64,000 nt of DNA from the NCBI RefSeq assembly GCF_006345805.1, contig NC_043005.1, positions 2,294,001 through 2,358,000 on the forward strand, given 5' to 3'. The position numbers and the translations under genes are program-made. This stretch comes from Octopus sinensis. Taxonomy: Eukaryota. The notes under the pieces are model-generated. The model was not told the DNA's origin and did no database searches. It saw only the letters and a program-made list of their open reading frames with translations. Below are positions 56,990 through 64,000 of the stretch, one piece after another; the first letter of the stretch is position 1, and every line of letters begins with the position of its first letter.

Positions 56990-57440
56990 GGAAAAAAAAG
57001 TCAAGATACAAAAAGGCTAAAATAATTATATAAAAAACATTTCAGTGCCGGTTTTAGTCATTGTGACTTTTTCAACTGTAACAATTAGATTTTAAAAAAT
57101 TAAAGTAAAGTTTTTTTAAAAGAATATTTGTATAGTGTTCAAATACAAGTGGCATTTTCCTTGTTTCTGCCTGCCTCTGTCTCTCTTGTTTACTCTTGTG
57201 GGTTCGAGGTCGTTGTGAATTCTTGGTAGGGAAGAAGAAGAAGAAGAAGAAGAAGAAGAAGAGGGAGAGGAGGAGGAGGAGGAGAAGAAGAAGAAGAAGA
57301 AGAAGAAGAAGAAGAAGGAGAAGAAGAAGAGGGAGAGGAGGAGGAGGAGAAGAAGAAGAAGAAGAAGAAGAAGAAGAAGAAGATGATGAAGAGGAAGAAG
57401 AATGTGGGAGTGCCATGACTGTAGTATGTTGAATGGTCAG
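56990..57440 (-). repeat. Second copy of the (GAA)n-containing repeat at 36885-37270
   Basis: Co-linear similarity; hammerhead-like motif at 57043-57078 carries core mutations. Confidence 0.8.
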
Positions 57441-57835
57441 CGCAATAATTGCAATTTTGAAAAATTGTGAAAATGGAAATTGAAATTGAAATGTAGAAAA
57501 AGTCTCTTTTAGTTCGTAATATATACTAGAGGCATGTTAATCTGTACATTTGTGTGTAATTTAAAATACTAGTTCCTCATTGTGTCAATGTTGAATTATT
57601 ATTGACAAAGGAAAAATCCTTGGTCAATATAATGTAATATAAATGATATATATATATATATTTATATATATGTATATATATATATATATTTATTAATTAA
57701 TAAGGGTGAGCTAACAATCGTACTGACTTTCATGGGAAGCATGTATTTTTGTGGTTGAAACCTATTGGATCTATTACTAGTGCTAGAGTGAGCCACATAG
57801 TGACCACTCTCTTATATTTATTTATATATATTTAT

Positions 57836-57866
<31 letters not shown>

Positions 57867-57940
57867 GTATATATATATATATGTATATTTATATATATAA
57901 GTATATGAAAGAATGGAGTTGAACGACTAGTTAACAAATA

Positions 57941-58037
57941 TCCTTTATTCTCGACATATGTTTCGAAGGCTGCATATTCCTAATTCCGAAGGAATAAGGA
58001 GTACATTATGCAGATTTCTCATCAGGAAAATCAAGGA
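57941..58037 (-). ncRNA. Type I hammerhead ribozyme, canonical core
   Basis: Helix I (uccuugauuuuc/gagaauaaagga), CUGAUGA, long helix II, GAAA, palindromic helix III ACAUAUGU, GUC cleavage triplet; predicted cut between 57953 and 57952. Confidence 0.8.
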
Positions 58038-58730
58038 ACTTATGTCGACATCAAAATGCACAAAAAACTTTTAGCTGACCGCTCTCAAGGAGCCCATGGC
58101 GATAATGCGTGTCTCTTCATAATGAGTGACGTCAGAGATCCTACACTGAAAAAGACACACCTTTCACTCATATAAATAGTGACTAATATAGATAACCCCT
58201 CGATTTCCAAAAACAATTTTGCTATATTTCACCCCAATAGTCAAAAAGATTTTCTTATATTCCCAATTACTACTATCCATTCTTGCATTGCCTCTCACCT
58301 CGCCCGATTCTTTCTCCCTTTCGCTATCCACTTTCCTTTCTCTACAGTAACCATAATCGAACACACAGACACAGACCTTTCACCTCACAGCTGTCAGTTT
58401 TCTGACATCTACCCATCCACAACACAATCACGCATTCAGACACACACATACACACTTAAGACAGTTATATACAGTCACACACACAGGCACTCATTCACAA
58501 AAGAAATCATTTAAATCCACCATTCTTTTGACCTGCACTCTCTCACCTTACTATTCTTATGCCTCCCTCCTCCTACTTCGTTTGAACTCTTGAACCTTTA
58601 GAAACTTCTAGATTCTTCTACATTCAGCCACTCTGACGTCACTCATTATAAAGAGACACTCATTATCGCCATGGGCTCCTTGAGAGCGGTCAGCTAAAAG
58701 TCTTTTGTGCATTTTGATGTTGACATAAGT

Positions 58731-58827
58731 TCCTTGATTTTCCTGATGAGAAATCTGCATAATGTACTCCATATTCCTTCGGAATTAGGAATATGCAGAC
58801 TTCGAAATATATGTCGAGAATAAAGGA
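58731..58827 (+). ncRNA. Type I hammerhead ribozyme, second copy (U15.2-G wobble)
   Basis: CTGATGA at 58743-58749, GAAA at 58804-58807, GTC at 58813-58815; same helix I. Confidence 0.72.
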
Positions 58828-59017
58828 TAACTAGTCGTTCAACTCCATTCTTTCATATACTTATAATTTTAAAATAAACATACAAATTTCCGCACGAAGA
58901 CACGTAGTCTATGCCCTAGGGACGTAGCTTCAACCGTGTTCTTTCTGATGTGAATTTGCTACCCAGGTATCGGTTATCTTTCGAATTATCCTTAATAAGT
59001 TAACTCATTCAATTACT

Positions 59018-59078
<61 letters not shown>

Positions 59079-59160
59079 ATTTAATTTTATTTGTTAGGGA
59101 ATAAGAAATTCCGGCATCACAGGAGTTCAAATTATTTTCAATGAGGAAATATATATTTTT

Positions 59161-59500
59161 TTCATTTAGAGATAGTAGGCCCCTTCATCCCACCAAATAA
59201 AAGATTTCAAATTTAAATACTTGCTACTTATATCTCGGATACATGTTTTTCTTGAGGTTCATTTGCCGGTTCCTTAACCATACCGTGTTTTGCTGGAACC
59301 TTTCTTAAAATATAACCCCAATCATCAGGCCTCTATATGATTGGGGTTATATTTTAAGAAAGGTTCCAGCAAAACACGGCGTGGTTAAGGAACCGGCAAA
59401 TGAACCTCAAGAAAAACATGTATCCGAGATATAAGTAGCAAGTATTTAAATTTGAAATCTTTTATTTGGTGGGATGAAGGGGCCTACTATCTCTAAATGA

Positions 59501-59501
<1 letters not shown>
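59161..59501. repeat. Near-perfect palindrome, ~165 bp arms, 11 nt loop
   Basis: 59161-59325 is the reverse complement of 59337-59501; loop caggcctctat. Confidence 0.95.
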
Positions 59502-59536
<35 letters not shown>

Positions 59537-59624
59537 CCCAAGAAATTGAGTGAAAGTGTTACAATTCGAGGCCACATTTTGAGTTTTATTTTTAAGGAAT
59601 GAGTAGGAATCAGAAGGTCAAGTT

Positions 59625-59985
59625 TGTATATTAAGGTGTGGTCTGTACTATTGTATAAACAGGTTTTCCTTGTTTAGGCGTTCTTGTTAGGAGATTGAAT
59701 CTTTGCACTGGTATAATGGAAAAATATAGAAATTCGTTTTTTTATTTCTTGCGCATCTGTGAATATGTTCGCCCAGAGCTATCTGCCTGTATTGAGGAAA
59801 ACGAATCTGTTCTTTATGCAGCGTAACTCTGCTTCTCAAAGTAAGACTCGTTTGGCCCACATAATTGTGGCCACAACCTGAGCAGGTTAGGACATAAATC
59901 AGGTTCTGAGAGGCACATGTGAACTTGGTATAAATTTTAAATATTTCTCCTTGCTGGAATGTGAATTCCGAGTTTGAAAGTTGCG
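59625..59985 (-). pseudogene. Penelope-like element GIY-YIG endonuclease fragment
   Basis: FTCASQNLIYVLTCSGCGHNYVGQTSLTLRSRVTLH...EHIHRC, followed after a stop by ERLNKENLFI..YRPHLN; this is the typical PLE C-terminus. Confidence 0.85.
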
Positions 59986-60700
59986 GGATGTTGTTTTTAA
60001 TTTCTTTCGGGATAACATTGAAAAGAGCAGGACATTGTGTGGCAATGTTTATTATGTGATGTGATCTCGACCTTTGTAGGGAACGTAATTCACGAGGGCC
60101 TAGTCTTGGGCGAATTGTAAGCATAATACCGATATCATTTGGATAATATTTATTTCTTTGTTGCCCACAGGGAGCTAAACATAGAAGGGACAAACAAGGA
60201 CAGACAAATGGATTAAGTCGATTAGATCGACCTCAGTGCGTAACTGGTACTTATTTAATCGAATCCGAAAGGATGAAAGGCAAAGTCGACCTCGACGAAA
60301 TTTGAACTCAGAACATTTCACCCGGCGTGCTAATGTTTCTGCCAGCTCGCCGCCTTTTATCATTTGGATAATATTGATGAAATATTTTCCACGTTGTGCA
60401 AATAATGTATCGCTCATGGTGGCGTTGCAGAGGATGGAGTTTCAGCAGTTTAAGTCGAGCCCAACAATCAAGTCCTATCATGCCATTTAGTTTTTTAGTG
60501 ATTGATCTTTGTGCCGCTTCGATCCTCATTATGTCTTGTTTTTTGTAGGGGGACCGCAATGGGCAGCAGTATTCGAGGTGGGGGCCTAGCGAATGTGGAG
60601 AAGAGAAGGATGATGGTTTCCTGATCCCTAGATGGAAAAGTTCTGAGGATCTGTGAACACATTCTGCGGGTGATATCGACTATGGTTACTGTCAACATTT
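59986..60700 (-). pseudogene. CR1/L2-group LINE RT C-terminal fragment related to elements 1 and 2, split by a SINE
   Basis: RRMCSQILRTF, FSTFARP, ERYIICTTWKIF, PRLGPR, PALFNVIPKEIK. Confidence 0.85.
60151..60357 (-). mobile_element. SINE family 2 with an 18-bp target-site duplication
   Basis: tatcatttggataatatt occurs at 60133-60150 and at 60358-60375. Confidence 0.92.
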
Positions 60701-60791
60701 ACACCTAAGTTTCTGATATTATCTGACGTTTCAAATAGGTCTCCCGACGGTAGTGTATACGGTTGTTTGAGTGCGCCCTCTTTTACAAAGA

Positions 60792-61681
60792 TACGAGGAA
60801 GTATATTAAAGAAAACTGCAATTTTGCACTATTATTTTATTCACTTTGTTTATACTTTTATTGCCTTCAAAATATTCTCCATTTGAAGCAATGCTTCAGT
60901 TCAGACGCGTTTTCTACTGTTCGAAGCAGAACTCTTGCGAAGTGATGTCTTTTAACGTTTCCCTCGTTTCTTTTCTTCACCTCTTCCACATCTGCAAATT
61001 CCGTAGCACCGGTTTTCGTCACCAGTGATGACCTTCCAAAAAAAGGTCCCGATCAACTTCCGGCTGTTCTTTCAGTTCACGGCACTCATTCAGTCATGAT
61101 CTTCCATGAGCAAGCATGACACAAATTTTGCCGCAACTCTTTTCATTCGCAATTCCTCGCTCAAAGGTCATTGGCAAGTGCTCCAGGATACAGCAGTCAT
61201 AACAGCAAATTCGTCAATTGTTCGGCGACGGTCCTCCAAGATCAGTTCATGAATTTTTGTGATGTTTTCATTCATTCGGGAGGTCGACGGTCGCCATGAA
61301 CGAAATTGGTCTTCAAGCGACAAGTTACAGTTCCTAAAGCATGGAAACCACTCGTAAACTTGCGTTTTACTCATTGCAGCATACTTGGAAGCCGTTTGAA
61401 GTATGACAACTGTCTTGGTTGCCGTTTTCACCATCAGAAAACAAAATTTCACGGAAGTATGCTGTTTCTTCGTTACACCCATCGCAAAAATCGACGAACA
61501 AGGGAGAAGCTCTGCAAAGAAAAAGAACGCACTACGTAGCAAAACGACCACACCTGACGACGCTGGTCGGCAAGTGGATGCCTGAGGGCAGTATCAAGTG
61601 CCTTCTAGCGGCGAAAACCTGAACTACAACGGGCCCGTTCCACAGAGAACGTTTCCGTTTACTTTTAGGTACCTCATGTTA
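60792..61681 (-). mobile_element. Internally deleted mariner (Tc1/mariner) transposon
   Basis: N-terminal HTH (VKFCF..KTAT..QVYEWF..F....SLED..RSWRPSTS), RVAAKFV, ITGDE, and C-terminal IASNGEYFEG; degenerate TACGAGG-type termini. Confidence 0.85.
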
Positions 61682-62329
61682 GACCGTTACCCCATATACT
61701 TTTTCTCACTCCGTTTTTTCATTCTCTTGCCATTTTTCCCTCTCATCTCTTTCTGTCGAAGACTTTTCCATTCTTCCCGGGTGTTAAACTAATACACCTG
61801 CAGGTTGTTCCTTCACCTGTCTTTGTCTTTCGTTTTCTGTAAATTTGAACTATATACATACATATATACACAATGAATATCAAACAGGAACATTTGTGAC
61901 AGAACATATGATTTATAGGAAAATCCTAAACACCGCGTATCTTGATATATTTGTATGTTTGTAAGTACATAGATACCATATGTGTATATCTATATGTAGA
62001 AGTGTTTGTTTGTGTTTGTGTGTGTGCGTGTGTGTGTGTGTGTGTGACTATATTACACAAACTCACACACAGAAAACGTAAAATCGCTCTTATATAAAAA
62101 TGTGTTACATTGTGTGTCTATGTACGCGTATATATAAATATATACGTATGTGTGTGTCTATGTATGTATATGTATGTATGTACATGTATATATATATATA
62201 TATATAAGAAGGCAATGACCAGAAAAAGAAGACAACACTCGGGGATATATGTATATATATATTTACAAATATGTGTACATACATACACATATATATATGT
62301 ATGTATATAAACACAAAAACGCACACACA

Positions 62330-62387
<58 letters not shown>

Positions 62388-62396
62388 GTATATACA

Positions 62397-62437
<41 letters not shown>

Positions 62438-62564
62438 ACACATAAACGGACACTGTGTCACTGACGTCAATGATTTCTCTCTATAGAATCTTGATGACGT
62501 CAGTAGTTTATCGCTTAAACTATGTAACTGAATCTGAATATCTCAAGGTTCAATACACACATGC

Positions 62565-62650
<86 letters not shown>

Positions 62651-62759
62651 TGTTTGTATATGATTGTTAGGCAGAAAGAATATATTACGCACTACCATAA
62701 ATGACCAAAAATTGAAGTTTGACAGAACACAGAAGCGAAAGATAAGAATTATTATTATT

Positions 62760-62798
62760 GTTGTTTTCTTATTATTAGGACTAAGAACAACAACAACA

Positions 62799-62892
<94 letters not shown>

Positions 62893-62905
62893 CAACAACA
62901 ATAAT
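62760..62905. repeat. (TAA)n/(CAA)n
   Basis: Directly visible. Confidence 0.95.
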
Positions 62906-63473
62906 AGGTGCAGAAATCTGTAAAGAGTGAGGAAGGAGCGTGGAAGCAATAGGCAAGAAAGGTAATAAGAGATATGGAAGAGGAAAGAGAAGATGGGGAG
63001 GAGTGGAATGGCTTCGGTTGTGATTCCGTTAAATAAAGCTTAACTGAGTCACATAAAACGGCCAGAATAAGAATAAAATTTGTAAATGAAATCACAGCAA
63101 CATTTTTAAGAACATATCAAAGCAAGGCGCGCGAAATAACTCACATGACCTGACACAAACACATACACACACACACTTATGTATATGTTATCCCTATATA
63201 CATATATAAATTTATATATTCATATATATGTTATATACACACAGAGACACACACATATATATATGTATGTATGTACATATATATATGTATATACGTATAT
63301 ATATATGTGTGCGTGTATGTATGTAGGTATGTAAATACATATATATGTATGTATGTATGTATGTATAGATAAATAGTTAATTGTATTTGTCCCCTCTGTT
63401 TTCAGCCCCATGTGGCCAATAAAGAAACATAATTTCTTTCTATCTATCTATCTATATTATCTATATCTATCTC

Positions 63474-63507
<34 letters not shown>

Positions 63508-63530
63508 ATATATATATATATATATATATA

Positions 63531-63566
<36 letters not shown>

Positions 63567-63638
63567 TATCTCACAAGGTAACCCCATAGAGCGGGCATAT
63601 CTATATTATCTATCTGCCAATCTAGCTATCTATCTACC

Positions 63639-63679
<41 letters not shown>

Positions 63680-63685
<6 letters not shown>

Positions 63686-63845
63686 ATGATGGGCTTCTTT
63701 CAGTTTCTGTCAACCAAGTCCACTCACAAGGCTTTGGTCAGCTCGAGGTTATAGTAGAAGACACTTGCCGAAGCTACCACGCAGTGAGATTGAACCCGGA
63801 ACCATGTGATTTGGAAGCAAGCTTCTTACCATACAGCCACGCCTG
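63680..63845 (-). mobile_element. SINE family 1 head
   Basis: Reverse complement gcgtggctgtatggtaagaagcttgcttccaaatcacatggttccgggttcaatctcactgc. Confidence 0.8.
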
Positions 63846-63856
63846 TATGTATGCAT

Positions 63857-63887
<31 letters not shown>

Positions 63888-64000
63888 CATATATATATAT
63901 ATGTATGTATATGTATGTATATATACATATACATACATATACATACATTCACACACACACACACACATATAAGTCACTGTCAAAAATATTTTTGTTAAAG

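Larger units (their letters stand above)
57896..58865. mobile_element. Non-autonomous Penelope-like or retrozyme-like unit: ~240 bp inverted repeats around a ~490 bp spacer
   Basis: 57896-58137 is the reverse complement of 58631-58865; each arm contains a hammerhead and a TGACGTCA site. Confidence 0.7.

Overview
Repeat-saturated, AT-rich eukaryotic (animal) genomic DNA. The microsatellite density and the SINE/LINE types suggest an octopus or related cephalopod; this is inference only. No host protein-coding gene can be firmly identified, only a few isolated candidate exons. Most ORFs in the six-frame track are microsatellite artefacts. Real content: (i) two full-length but disrupted CR1/L2-group LINEs (13.4-18.0 kb +, 49.2-53.9 kb -) whose ORF1 combines an N-terminal Myb/SANT-like (trihelix-type) domain with CCCH zinc fingers; (ii) older CR1/L2 LINE fossils; (iii) R4/Dong-like RLE non-LTR elements; (iv) a Penelope-like GIY-YIG fragment and several hammerhead-ribozyme motifs, including a complete type I hammerhead in both arms of a ~240 bp inverted repeat at 57.9-58.9 kb; (v) at least three tRNA-derived SINE families, one sharing its 3' tail with an old LINE in the window; (vi) Helitron/Helentron-type non-autonomous elements, a deleted mariner, and a cluster of long palindromes at 54-59.5 kb. 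All coordinates were read by eye and no database searches were run.
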